Below, in pieces: positions 1 to 9,900 of a stretch of DNA of 41,129 nt. This stretch comes from Escherichia phage vB_EcoS_P1338: the sequence record PP882707.1. One strand, given 5' to 3'. The notes beneath the pieces were generated by a model. That model was not told the DNA's origin. It worked only from the letters and a program-made list of their open reading frames with translations, and made no database searches. Every line of letters begins with the position of its first letter. The stretch's first letter is position 1. Position numbers and translations under genes: made by a program.

Positions 1-260
1 AGTTAACATAAGGGTGGCACTCTTTGGGTGGAACTGAAGGAGGCCATAGGGGGGGGAACTCGGTGTGTATGAACTATGAGATACCCACTCAGATTTTTCT
101 GTAGGATTCTTAAAGGGGTACATCAAGTATCTCATAAGGTTAACCACAGAGGCTCTATCATAAGGTGCTACGCAGGGAGCATAGCGGTGAGACTACGTGA
201 GAGACCCTAAGAGACCCTGTAGACCATTAAGGAATACATAAGGCTACCTCTTAGAGTTGA
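1..260. repeat. array of short direct repeats built on CATAAGG units at the phage right end (analogous to T7 short repeats near the genome ends)
   Basis: cataagg / ataagg units recur several times across the first ~250 nt; non-coding region beyond the last gene. Confidence 0.4.
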
Positions 261-317
261 CTTCTTACAGTGATTATAGGGAAGATGTATATCGACCATA
301 ATCACTAAGAGTGCGCA

Positions 318-566
318 CTAAGCGCCAATGAGCAGTCTAAGGAACACAAGTGAGTAGAGAACAAAGCAGAGTCTCCAGTTCACCGATGTGTTCAGCACTA
401 GATGCGAGACCAATGGAAGCAGCAAGTACAACGAGAAATTTGTAAGTCGTTCGATGCGTTGCCAGTGTCTTAAGCACGGATAGTAAGCGCATAGAGCGTC
501 CTCCTTGTTATACTTGATGGTTACACTGATAGTGGGGATGTAATTACTATTACTATCATCCCTCAC
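318..566 (-). CDS. hypothetical small protein at the T7 gene 19.5 position (GTG start, hydrophobic C-terminus)
   Basis: 82-aa ORF downstream of the right-end T7-type promoter; no in-frame ATG and only a weak RBS, so coding status is uncertain. Confidence 0.25.
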   Translation of the reverse strand: MRDDSNSNYIPTISVTIKYNKEDALCAYYPCLRHWQRIERLTNFSLYLLLPLVSHLVLNTSVNWRLCFVLYSLVFLRLLIGA

Positions 567-649
567 TGTAAGGGTCTCTAAGAGTTAGTCACTAAGTATG
601 CACTTTGCATATGCATCTATAAGTGTCTTTAAGTTGTCTTAGGGGGGCC

Positions 650-672
650 CTTCCCAATAGTGAGTCGTATTA
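650..672 (-). promoter_or_regulatory. T7-type promoter (phiOR-like)
   Basis: minus strand reads TAATACGACTCACTATTGGGAAG. Confidence 0.8.
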
Positions 673-737
673 GGAACACCCTTGATTTCATTAGGTTTTT
701 ATACCTCACTCTAAGGGTGTCCATTGTGCATATTGAG

Positions 738-1184
738 TCACTTTAAGTGCATATTGAGTCTACCAGACCTAGCCTTCTTGACCCACTGGATGTTTAAACC
801 AAGTCTCTTAGCGACCTCAGCATCTGAGCCATCAGCATCAAGCACAGCCTTTAGTCGTTTCTCAAATGACTCTTGGAGCCTCTCTGTAAGACTTCGGCGC
901 TTACCTGTAAACCCTCCACGAACCATGCGGCCTTTCGCCCTACAGTCCTCTATGTTCTCTTTCTGTGTTCCCTCAGATAAATGCTCAGGATTTACACACG
1001 AAGGGTTATCACATGAGTGCATTACCACACATCCTTCCTTTAATGGGCGCTTCAGGTGGACGTGCAGGGCGTATCTATGGGCCATCCAATGGACACCATT
1101 AACACGAATCCTGCCATAACCACCTTTAGTCTTGCACCCTTGGAAGATGTGGCAACCAGTTACATTATCGATTACCACTCTCAT
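738..1184 (-). CDS. HNH endonuclease (free-standing homing-endonuclease-like), C-terminal helix-turn-helix-like tail
   Basis: 148 aa; ATG preceded by AGGAGG; motifs GYGRI...H...MHSCDNPSCVNPEHL typical of HNH nucleases; sits immediately after the large terminase gene. Confidence 0.8.
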   Translation of the reverse strand: MRVVIDNVTGCHIFQGCKTKGGYGRIRVNGVHWMAHRYALHVHLKRPLKEGCVVMHSCDNPSCVNPEHLSEGTQKENIEDCRAKGRMVRGGFTGKRRSLTERLQESFEKRLKAVLDADGSDAEVAKRLGLNIQWVKKARSGRLNMHLK

Positions 1185-1205
1185 TACATACCTCCTACTT
1201 ATCTA

Positions 1206-2966
1206 TTACCACTCAATGAAGCAGCTAGAGTCTCCGTCGTCCTCGTAGTAGATGTCCACGCCACCAACATCGTAGCTATGGATAGCATCACCACCAATGG
1301 TCTGTTTCTCCATGTGGTGTTCAAGGAACTCAAGGGTCATCTCTTCTTCACCTACACGGCTGTCCACAAGCATCCCTTCACGCAGGAACTCGATACCCAA
1401 TGCGATAGCATCAAGTCGGTCATCATGTGCCACAGCGCCTCGCTCACGGGTCATACGGGTCATCTGATAGAACGCACTATAGCGAACATCATGTTTCCCA
1501 TCAAGGTCACGAGCAGTCTGGTAGTCCTCACGGATAACCTCATCACGAATGACCAGCTTGTGTGCACCCATCAACGGTTCGATAGTATCGCAGATTCGCA
1601 TCTCCTTCATGCCTTTAGCACGGATTTCCTCTAAGGCACACTTGTGGTGCTTCAGGAGAATCGGAGAGAAAATCTTACCGAACATACCGTCACCGAAGTT
1701 GGACTCGTGGACTACTGTCTGTACCTTCCACTGCTTGGCCTTCTTAGCGAGCTTCTCTAGGGTAGCATCTTCGTAACCACCACGGAACCCACCGACTTCC
1801 ATCAAGTAGATATAACCGTTAAGTGAGTATAGTACTGCATACCCGGTCTCATCCTTACCACGACCACTTGGGTCAATGACCAGAATCTTAGACTGATACT
1901 CAGCGGTACGAGAAGAGCACGTATGGAACGCATGGATGTCATCACCCTTCAGACCAACGTTAGGAAGTTCCTCATTGCGGTTCTGACGGTTCGGCAACCA
2001 CTGGTAAGACAATGGGGCACGTTCAGGGTCCACAGCGCACACGATAGCGTCACGGAGGCGTAGCGGGTACTTCTCGGCATCACTAAGGTTCGGGTTAAGC
2101 ATGAACTGAAGCGTGTATCCAGCTTTACCATATTCGAGTTCACGTTCACGGAGGTCATCCATGTCGAATCGAACAGGGTCAGTAGGTTGACCACGAAGTA
2201 ACTCAAAGCCCTCATCATATTCAGCCTTAAGCATCGGAGCCAATCGGTCCCCATAGTAGAGAGCCTCAGCGTCATTACGTGGATACTGTGCTGGCCAGAT
2301 TACTGTGCTGTACCCTTTGTTATCCTCAAGTTCCTTATAGAGAGTCATCTCGGTTTGAGGTGTACCAAGGTAGATAACACGAGAGGTAGGCAGTGGCTTA
2401 AGTAACGCAGCAAACTCAGTTACCAACGTCCAGAGCTTCTCACGGGCAGAACTCGTAGAGCTATTACCGGGAACCTCAACGTCATCTGCAATGATGATGT
2501 CAGCACGGCTACCAGTTAACTGACCAGTGATACCCACAGACTTCACAGAGGGTGAGTGGTCTGGTTTCGCCAAGCCAACGTCGAAGCTAATCACAGAGTC
2601 ACGCTGTCCCGGTCGAGGTTTCAACTCAGAGAGGAACGGTAAGAGGTCGATGATGTTCTTGATGAAGATGGAGTTAGCATCCGCACGTTCCTTAGAGGCA
2701 GACACGATGAGCACCTTAAGTTGAGGGTCACGCCATAAGACCCACACGACGAACGCACAGGTGATAAAGGACTTGCCGATACCACGGAACGCCTGAAGGA
2801 TAAACTTCTTGTGGTCGCCGTTAGCGAGTGTACGTGCCATATCAATCTGACACTTGGTTGGTTTAGGTAAGTTAAGAGCCTTCCATAAGACGAACAAGAA
2901 AGCGACAAAATCACCCTTAAGTTGCGCAATGATTAACGCATTCTTAGCTTCTTGGGATTGTGACAT
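1206..2966 (-). CDS. gp19: terminase large subunit (DNA packaging protein B)
   Basis: 586 aa, same length as T7 gp19 and near-identical over long stretches by recollection ([19 protein letters not shown]..., [11 protein letters not shown]...); start overlaps the stop of the upstream spanin gene (ATGA). Confidence 0.97.
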   Translation of the reverse strand: MSQSQEAKNALIIAQLKGDFVAFLFVLWKALNLPKPTKCQIDMARTLANGDHKKFILQAFRGIGKSFITCAFVVWVLWRDPQLKVLIVSASKERADANSIFIKNIIDLLPFLSELKPRPGQRDSVISFDVGLAKPDHSPSVKSVGITGQLTGSRADIIIADDVEVPGNSSTSSAREKLWTLVTEFAALLKPLPTSRVIYLGTPQTEMTLYKELEDNKGYSTVIWPAQYPRNDAEALYYGDRLAPMLKAEYDEGFELLRGQPTDPVRFDMDDLRERELEYGKAGYTLQFMLNPNLSDAEKYPLRLRDAIVCAVDPERAPLSYQWLPNRQNRNEELPNVGLKGDDIHAFHTCSSRTAEYQSKILVIDPSGRGKDETGYAVLYSLNGYIYLMEVGGFRGGYEDATLEKLAKKAKQWKVQTVVHESNFGDGMFGKIFSPILLKHHKCALEEIRAKGMKEMRICDTIEPLMGAHKLVIRDEVIREDYQTARDLDGKHDVRYSAFYQMTRMTRERGAVAHDDRLDAIALGIEFLREGMLVDSRVGEEEMTLEFLEHHMEKQTIGGDAIHSYDVGGVDIYYEDDGDSSCFIEW

Positions 2967-3412
2967 TACTTAGCCTCCTTCTTAGTTTGCATTTCTTTGA
3001 TTGTATCTTGGAGCGCACGAATCCACGCATCCCCTCTTTGAGTTACTCCGATAAGACGCTTACTAAACTCTTCGTCAAGTTCGGCTCGACCATCAACGAG
3101 GCATCCACCGTTATCTTGGAGTTCTCGTGTGGTGGCTGATAGTTTGACGCGCAAGCGCTTACCATCGTTACGCAAATCATTAATGACCCTATCAGTGCTG
3201 CCCTCCAGCGCCGCAAGGTCTTCTTGGTATTGTCGTGAGATTTCGTTGATAGCAGCCTGTTTATTCTCAGTCGCCTTAACTTTCTTAATGTACTCATTGT
3301 GCACCTCCTGTTCCCATTTAGTGTTAGCTTTGTCATATCCGTGGTTATACGCAAGGGTAATTCCCAAGGCAAACGCAGCGATTATGGCGTAGCTCTTTAA
3401 ATTCTTGAGCAT
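2966..3412 (-). CDS. gp18.5: i-spanin (Rz-like lysis protein)
   Basis: 148 aa, N-terminal transmembrane segment then coiled-coil-like region; position and size match T7 gene 18.5; GGGAGG RBS. Confidence 0.85.
   Translation of the reverse strand: MLKNLKSYAIIAAFALGITLAYNHGYDKANTKWEQEVHNEYIKKVKATENKQAAINEISRQYQEDLAALEGSTDRVINDLRNDGKRLRVKLSATTRELQDNGGCLVDGRAELDEEFSKRLIGVTQRGDAWIRALQDTIKEMQTKKEAK
3043..3297 (-). CDS. gp18.7: o-spanin (Rz1-like lipoprotein) embedded in the +1 frame of the i-spanin gene
   Basis: internal ATG of track ORF 3043..3372; product [10 protein letters not shown]...SACAS... has a lipobox-like CAS motif and resembles T7 gp18.7 by recollection. Confidence 0.7.
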   Translation of the reverse strand: MSTLRKLRRLRINRLLSTKSHDNTKKTLRRWRAALIGSLMICVTMVSACASNYQPPHENSKITVDASLMVEPNLTKSLVSVLSE

Positions 3413-3469
3413 AACTACCCTCCCGTATTTTCAGATTTCACGTAGCGTTACCGTGAGTTGTGTTGAAAT

Positions 3470-3500
3470 ATCATAAAGACCACTAGATGTAGTGGCCTTG
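3470..3500 (-). promoter_or_regulatory. stem-loop between gene 18 and gene 18.5, candidate RNase III processing site (R18.5-like)
   Basis: inverted repeat GGCCACTA...TAGTGGTC in the intergenic leader. Confidence 0.3.
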
Positions 3501-3510
3501 AGTTATTCCA

Positions 3511-3780
3511 TCAGTTCAGCATGTACTTCTCATCTTCAGTGAGACCATCAGCGCCCACTAGGTTCTGGTACTCTTCGAGTCCATCTGCCAGTCCACCAAG
3601 GATGTTACGGTCTGGCTGTAACTTGGAGACTTGGAACTTGTGGCGCTCTAACAGTTTCCCGATAGCGTTGTACAGTTGAGGTGTGCGCTTATCGTCATCC
3701 TGAAGGTCTTTCAGCATACGTTGAGCCATCTCAGTGTCCAGCATCTCAAGGAATTGAATCAAAGATTTATCGTTAGACAT
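3511..3780 (-). CDS. gp18: terminase small subunit (DNA packaging protein A)
   Basis: 89 aa, same size and position as T7 gp18; ATG start. Confidence 0.8.
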   Translation of the reverse strand: MSNDKSLIQFLEMLDTEMAQRMLKDLQDDDKRTPQLYNAIGKLLERHKFQVSKLQPDRNILGGLADGLEEYQNLVGADGLTEDEKYMLN

Positions 3781-3979
3781 CTTTACCCTCCTTCTTCCAT
3801 TTGATAATCACATCGACTACCTTGGCACCAATTTGAGCCACTGTGTAGGCAATTGCAGCTACATAGAACCACTCGTTAAGGGACAGTCCGAAGAACAGAC
3901 GGGCAGCACCATCGGCTACACCTGTCCCTACAATCGGAGCAGCCTTCACTACCTCGTTATTAAAATCTAATGACAGCAT
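3773..3979 (-). CDS. gp17.5: holin (class II, T7 gp17.5-like)
   Basis: 68 aa; MLSLDFNNE...GLSLNEWFYVAAIAYTV matches T7 holin by recollection; one transmembrane segment. Confidence 0.85.
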   Translation of the reverse strand: MLSLDFNNEVVKAAPIVGTGVADGAARLFFGLSLNEWFYVAAIAYTVAQIGAKVVDVIIKWKKEGKDV

Positions 3980-4099
3980 AAAACCTCCAGTTTAAAAGCG
4001 GGTCGTCCGTGACCCAGAGTTGTTACCATACGTTGGTCAGCGTGTAGTTAGCCTCTACCTCCACAACCTTCGATGACTCAATACCATTCTACTGATAAA

Positions 4100-4121
4100 C
4101 TAACCCGCCGAAACGGGTTTT
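4100..4121. terminator. short GC hairpin (AACCCG-loop-CGGGTT) just downstream of gene 17; T-rich flank is on the plus strand
   Basis: perfect 6-bp inverted repeat; on the coding (minus) strand the U-tract is weak, on the plus strand it is followed by TTTTGTTGTT. Confidence 0.25.
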
Positions 4122-4133
4122 GTTGTTATAGTA

Positions 4134-6845
4134 TTAATCAGCGTAAAGCATTAAGAACATAATAAGCTCTTCATAACGGATTCCATACCGTACACCGGCT
4201 GGTTTGGTTACTACAACCCTTTCTAGCGTTTCCGGGTTAATGTTTACTTCAGTAGATTCTTCCCATACATCCTTACACCAGAATGCATAATCCTCTGGAT
4301 TAAGTCCATGTTTAGTAAGAATAGAGCCGACCGTTTGAGCACCAACACCGAAGTGAATACGTGCAGATGCTCCCCCCTTAAGTTCTATAGCGTCAGTAAA
4401 CTTGTAGCGAATAATATTCTTACGAATTTCATTAGCCGCATCTCTTTCCGCACTCTCATTCACTGCTGGGGTTTTTTTCTTCAGTGTTTCATCGGAAGTA
4501 ACAATGGTGCTTGAAGCAGCATAAACAGCACTCCACCTGTGGCCTGCATACCCCAGCACTGTAGAGTTATCGGCAGCAGGTAAAATAGCATTATACCCTT
4601 CAATAATGAGGTCACCATTAGGGCTACCAGAAAACGATTTACCATCATAACTAGTAAGGGTGATTCCCTTAGTGCCCTCAGTAGTTGTTAACATAATACC
4701 AGCATTGGTAGCACCCAAGAGCTGAATATCACTATTATCATTACGCAAATCCTGCACAGGTGCTTCAAGTACAGTTGACGTGAATTTCCATTTCGTATCA
4801 GAAAAAAGTTCGACCGGTTGCACGTCATCCTTCTGGTACATCATGGCTTTAACACCGGAAGTTTTACGTCTTACACCGATGGCGTTTGGTTGTGAGCCAG
4901 ACCAGTTAGATGAGAAGGTAAATCCATCAAATTCCACTACAGACTCATAAGGATTGCTGGTATCGTTATTGATTGGTTCTGTAATAAAAATCCATCCCCA
5001 GTCGAAATAGTTATTATAAGTCCCTACGTTAGCATCTATCTGATACGCACGGGTGCACACCTCCCCATAGTAACCGTAGAATCTCAGGTTCCCGGCAACT
5101 TGTGAGTCTGAGCTTACGGTTTTAACCACACGCACACCACACGGTACATCTGCTGGTCCAGTTGTTTTGGTTATATTCTCACAAGAACCACCAAACACAC
5201 GAAGTGAGTCCGTGCTTTCAATCCAGAACGCACAGTTTCCCGTTACGTGAATTGGGTTGTAAATAGTGATTCTGGTGTTGTTGTTGTCGCCTGAAACACT
5301 CCGGTTGAATCTAAACCCGCAGTCAACGTTTTCAAATACTGGATTTTTTATGGTGTGATAATATGCAGCACTATTAGCCCCAAAAACTGTTGGTCCCGGT
5401 TGCAGTAACACCCCTACAGAGACGTCTGTCGCTTTTGGGTTGTTTAGCTGACAAAACTGTTGCGATACACGTGCAGTAGTTTGTGTGAGGTCTTCCGGGC
5501 TTATTGCGTATGCCACTACTTTTGTGAAACCATCTGGATTTATTACCGCAGGGTTAGTTACGATGCAGAAATCATGGCTCATTCTTAAGCATGTGATGCC
5601 AGAAGCTCCCGCTACGATTGTTGTTCCGGTGAAATCAATATACCTTGTAGACGTAACATCCTGCGTATACGAGCCATCGAATTTCATTACAAGACTTTGT
5701 GTTATGCGATATCTCGCACCTACTCTTCCTGTTAATTTACCAAACGGCACAATCTCCAACCACGACAATGCCGCCAGCATCGCGGAGGTATCATTATTTA
5801 TCCCGTCGCCAATAGCACCGAACTCTTCAAATGACTTTACTGTCGTAGCCCGATGAGCAATCTGGTCAATTGTTGCACCATGCTTTGTTAGATCAGTTCT
5901 AATAGACGCATCACCAACACTAACCCACTTCCCTAATCCAATCCCACCGGAAGTTTCAGGAGTTGAACCAGCAGGGATGTTCTTTGGAAGCGTACCATCC
6001 CAGCGGTAATACTCACCCTCCTCTTCCCACAGTAGTACCTCGTTCCAGGTTATAACGTTGAAGCCTTTCTCGAAGGAGCGACGGGTAACATATCCAATTC
6101 GAGCAGATGCCTTGATACTCTCAGCGATTCGTCGTGCTTCATCCTCGCTATCCTTAGCGTTGCCAGCATAGCTACCAGCAGATGCTGCATATTGTCCAGA
6201 AGTATTCTTGAACTGCTCGGCTTCATTCCGGAATTCATTAGCCTCATCGCGCCATTGCTTTGCGTTCGTAGCGTGGGTGCTGGACTCGTTCTTAAAGCCC
6301 TCCGCTTTATTTCTGAAAGTCTCAGCCTCATTGCGGAACTGTAGGGCCTCATTACGTGCCTGCCATGAGTTCTGGTTCATGGTCTTAAGTTGACCAAACG
6401 GAACAGCGTCTAGGTCATCCACGGCGTTCGCTAGGTTCACGATACGACGACCACGTGCATCCAAGTGACCATCATTATTGACCCCAATGGTATCCGCAGT
6501 TAGGTCTCGTGCTTCTTCAGCAACGTGAAGCGTTTGAATCTGTGCAATGTTCAGGTCATATGCGCGAAGGATTGAGCCATCAGCAAAGTCAACCAGACGG
6601 TCTGTCGCGGAGGTGAAACGACGAATCTCAATGGAGTAATATCCATCAGCAGCCGTCCATGCACGAGTTGTAGTGATTTGTGTCTTAGTGGTGAACCGAT
6701 AGTCCTGATTTAGAACCAGTTCCTTACGGTCTTTACCAATTAGAGTTACCGTCACAAACTTACGCGCTAAGTATTCAAAGGTGATTGCAAAGTCCACAGC
6801 ACCTGTTAGCGGATAAGTCATTACGGTACGAATTTTAAGAGCCAT
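4134..6845 (-). CDS. gp17: tail fiber / tailspike: T7 gp17-like N-terminal anchor, beta-helix depolymerase-like central domain, C-terminal intramolecular chaperone-like domain
   Basis: 903 aa; first ~200 aa align with remembered T7 gp17 (FEYLARKF, RLVDFADGSILRAYDLN, VNNDGHLDARGRRIVNLANAVDD); from ~aa 335 FEEFGAIGDGINNDTSAMLAAL (pectate-lyase-type motif); near aa 784 SDETLKKK resembling the Ser-Lys autocleavage motif of tailspike C-terminal chaperones. Confidence 0.9.
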   Translation of the reverse strand: MALKIRTVMTYPLTGAVDFAITFEYLARKFVTVTLIGKDRKELVLNQDYRFTTKTQITTTRAWTAADGYYSIEIRRFTSATDRLVDFADGSILRAYDLNIAQIQTLHVAEEARDLTADTIGVNNDGHLDARGRRIVNLANAVDDLDAVPFGQLKTMNQNSWQARNEALQFRNEAETFRNKAEGFKNESSTHATNAKQWRDEANEFRNEAEQFKNTSGQYAASAGSYAGNAKDSEDEARRIAESIKASARIGYVTRRSFEKGFNVITWNEVLLWEEEGEYYRWDGTLPKNIPAGSTPETSGGIGLGKWVSVGDASIRTDLTKHGATIDQIAHRATTVKSFEEFGAIGDGINNDTSAMLAALSWLEIVPFGKLTGRVGARYRITQSLVMKFDGSYTQDVTSTRYIDFTGTTIVAGASGITCLRMSHDFCIVTNPAVINPDGFTKVVAYAISPEDLTQTTARVSQQFCQLNNPKATDVSVGVLLQPGPTVFGANSAAYYHTIKNPVFENVDCGFRFNRSVSGDNNNTRITIYNPIHVTGNCAFWIESTDSLRVFGGSCENITKTTGPADVPCGVRVVKTVSSDSQVAGNLRFYGYYGEVCTRAYQIDANVGTYNNYFDWGWIFITEPINNDTSNPYESVVEFDGFTFSSNWSGSQPNAIGVRRKTSGVKAMMYQKDDVQPVELFSDTKWKFTSTVLEAPVQDLRNDNSDIQLLGATNAGIMLTTTEGTKGITLTSYDGKSFSGSPNGDLIIEGYNAILPAADNSTVLGYAGHRWSAVYAASSTIVTSDETLKKKTPAVNESAERDAANEIRKNIIRYKFTDAIELKGGASARIHFGVGAQTVGSILTKHGLNPEDYAFWCKDVWEESTEVNINPETLERVVVTKPAGVRYGIRYEELIMFLMLYAD

Positions 6846-6890
6846 AATGTACCTCCTTAGTTGGGTATAATAAAGGGAAGCTGTGTGAGC

Positions 6891-6913
6891 CTTCCCAATA
6901 GTGAGTCGTATTG
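6891..6913 (-). promoter_or_regulatory. T7-type promoter upstream of gene 17 (phi17)
   Basis: minus strand CAATACGACTCACTATTGGGAAG, 1 nt after the gene 16 stop. Confidence 0.8.
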
Positions 6914-6914
6914 T

Positions 6915-9900
6915 TTACTTCTTGTCAGCCTTAATGTGAACACCGTTGGCCTCATAGAACTTAATGAGCATCTGCTGAGAGATTGGGTCGTTAGGAATCA
7001 TCTCTCGGTGGGCATTCATCAAGCCAGTCATCATCTCACGCTCGGTCACTTTGTTAGGAGCCATAAGGACACCATAAGCATTTCGACCAGCAGCAAGAGT
7101 GGCACCAGCGAAACCAAGAGCAGGAATCTGTTCACCAATAGCGCCCATAATGGAATCACCCATGTCACGAGAAGTTACCGCCTTATTGCGTTCACGCTTG
7201 TCATCACCTTTCGGTAGAATCGTAGAGCGAACCATAAGACCTTGGTCGTAACCCGCAGCACCCATAGCGAAGTTAGCGATACTCAGAGGCGACCCAAGGT
7301 GTGAACTTCGGGAGGCCGCTGCATAGGCAATCATCTTCGGGTCGAGAGCTTTCTTCAAGTAATCCTTCTGTTGCTCTTTAGGAAGACCAGCAGATTTCAA
7401 GTGAGCCTGTGCCACGTAGTAGGAACCGGCAAGGCCACCAGAGATAGCATAGGTCAGAGCCATGTCCATAGCGCGATGGTTCTTAAAGGCTTCGTTGCCA
7501 GAGCGGATAAACTTAGAGTTCATCGACTTGATGACAAACGATTTAAACTGAAGGACTAACTTAGCGGTAGCGCCAAACGCATGGGAATCCTGTAAGGAAA
7601 CCTTATGAGGTCGGAGCATCGTCTCATCAGCAACCTTGTCAGCCAATCGCCATAAGTCCATAGCACGAGGGTCATTAGCCAGCTTACGCTTGTCCTTAAA
7701 TGTGAACTTACCGTCTTCCCCACGGGTAACGTTCTCACGGATGAGAGCCTGAATGCCTTCCCACTGTTCCTTAGAGATACTCGCAGACTTCAGCATGTCA
7801 CCTTTAATCCACTTGTTGGCACCCTTGCCAGTAATAGCATGAGTTACCACATCACCCATCACGCCCTGCCGGGCCATGTCCAGAAGGTAGTTTGACGTAC
7901 CATTGAGGAACTTGGTCAGAGGTGAGCGAGCCGCCAGTTCTTGAGTTGTGTGCTTAATAGAACCAACAACCTTAGCTGCAACATCAGGTGTATCAGTTGA
8001 CTCACGGAGTCGCTGAATGATGTCTTGACGTGTCGGTCTGATTAAGTCATCAAACTCTTTACCGAACACCATAGAGTGTAGTTCCTTAAGTTCCTTACCA
8101 GAGACTGGCTTGTTGCGGAACGCTAAGTCACGCAGTACCGGAATGCCATGCAGCATCGCACGGGTGTTACCCTTCGACAACATACCGGAGATTTCGGTTA
8201 GGTTCTGCAAGCCCATATATGCGTTCTTCGTAAAGAAGGACATATCGGACAGGGCGCGAACCATAGTGTCACCTACAGTATCCTGATTACGTCGAGCACG
8301 ACCAGTGAGAATCTTAACGGTATCCTTAAGTGCTTCCACTTCACCTTTCATCGTGCCCTTCCCTTCTGACTTCTTATCGAGAGCCATGATGGAATCCTTC
8401 AGTTCAGCAGTGGTCTTCCCTGTGCCACCCATGATAGCAATGTCACCATCAACGCGGCGGTCATATGCTGGCATCACATGCTTCATATCGAAGTCACGGA
8501 GGTCATTCACAGAGAACTGTTGTCCGTTAGGGAGCGTTACAGGCATGTCAGAATCGAACAGGTTACGGGCTTCAAGGAACGAGTTGTTCTCAATACCCAC
8601 GAGACCCTCAATGTTATCGTCAATGACACTTGAAGAGTTGAACTCATCTGTCTTCGCAATACCATAAGCCTTATCGCTGGCATGTTTCATCACCATCTCT
8701 TCGGTTACAGCCTTCGGGTCGATGCCCAAGGTCTCCGCTAAGTGCTCATCTACACGAGCCTTAACTTCTGGACGTGAACGGTAAGAGGTCATCCAGCTTG
8801 CAGCGATTGCTTCCTGTAAACCATCAGAGCCACCAAGAGCCTGTGAGTACAACTGCTTGGCTTCCCGTGAGTACACATGAGGAACGTAAGTCCCTTTGTG
8901 ACGACTGTTAGGGAAGATGGAAGTTGCCTTGTTACCGAACATCGACGGGTTCTCCATCATCTCACGCTTGAGGTCAAAGTGTTCCTTCATGATGTCCATC
9001 ACCTTACGCTCTGCCTTGGTCAAGTTAGCCTGAAGTTCAGGACGCTCGATAGCCACAGCAACACGACGATAGATTTCTTGACGGGCACCTTGAGCACCAC
9101 TCTTGAACATGCCCACAGACCACTCAGGGTCAGCCATAGCTTCCTTCATTGCACCATAGAGGTCATTGTAGGTTCGCTGGTTGGTACTGTGAAGTCGCTC
9201 TTTAATGTCGGAGGCAGTGGCCCCAAACTTACCATGTGAGCCAGACTCCATACCTGTAGGTGAGCGCACTAAGTCCTTAGCGAGACCTCGGATTTCAGCG
9301 TGTTCTGAACGTAGAGTTCTCAAGCCGATTTCGCTTAGTCCACGCATAGGCAATCCCCAAGCAGCACGTTCAGGGTCCACTTCAGCGAACTCTCTGGCTG
9401 TCATAGGGTTCGCTAGGTTGGTATCACTAATAATGGAACCATCACGCAGCACTACCGCACCCGGTTCAGTTTCGAGAGGTGCATACTCAACGCCGTTGTG
9501 CTGTGAGAACACTCGGTCTTCACTAGGAGGCATACGACTTGCATCATATCCACCAGTGTTACGGGCAGTCTCACGAGCCTCGAAGCGCATCTGTGTAGCA
9601 GAAAACGGGTTCTCAATCTGTTCAGCACCAGACTTACGGAGACCCGCAGCAACACCATCAGCAACCGCAGTGAGTCCCCCAGCAAGCAGCATACCAGCAA
9701 GAGCAGCTTCCGCATAGTGAGCATGACCACCAGCAATGGATGTGCGCAGACCCTCAGAGGCAACGTTGAGTGCACCAGCTTGAGCACCAACCATCAACGC
9801 CTTGTTCACCAGCTTGAATCCCTTGGCTGTAGTCCCTGCTAGTGGGACGTAGGTCAAAGGGTCCACACCAGCACCAATCAGGCCAGCAGACAGCTTGGCA

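Noticed and set aside
1949-2929. Minus-strand ORFs embedded out of frame inside the large terminase gene (1949..2275, 2621..2929)
   Set aside because: T7 has small genes 19.2/19.3 inside gene 19, so I considered them, but these have no RBS, no similarity I can recognise and low-complexity translations typical of alternative frames.
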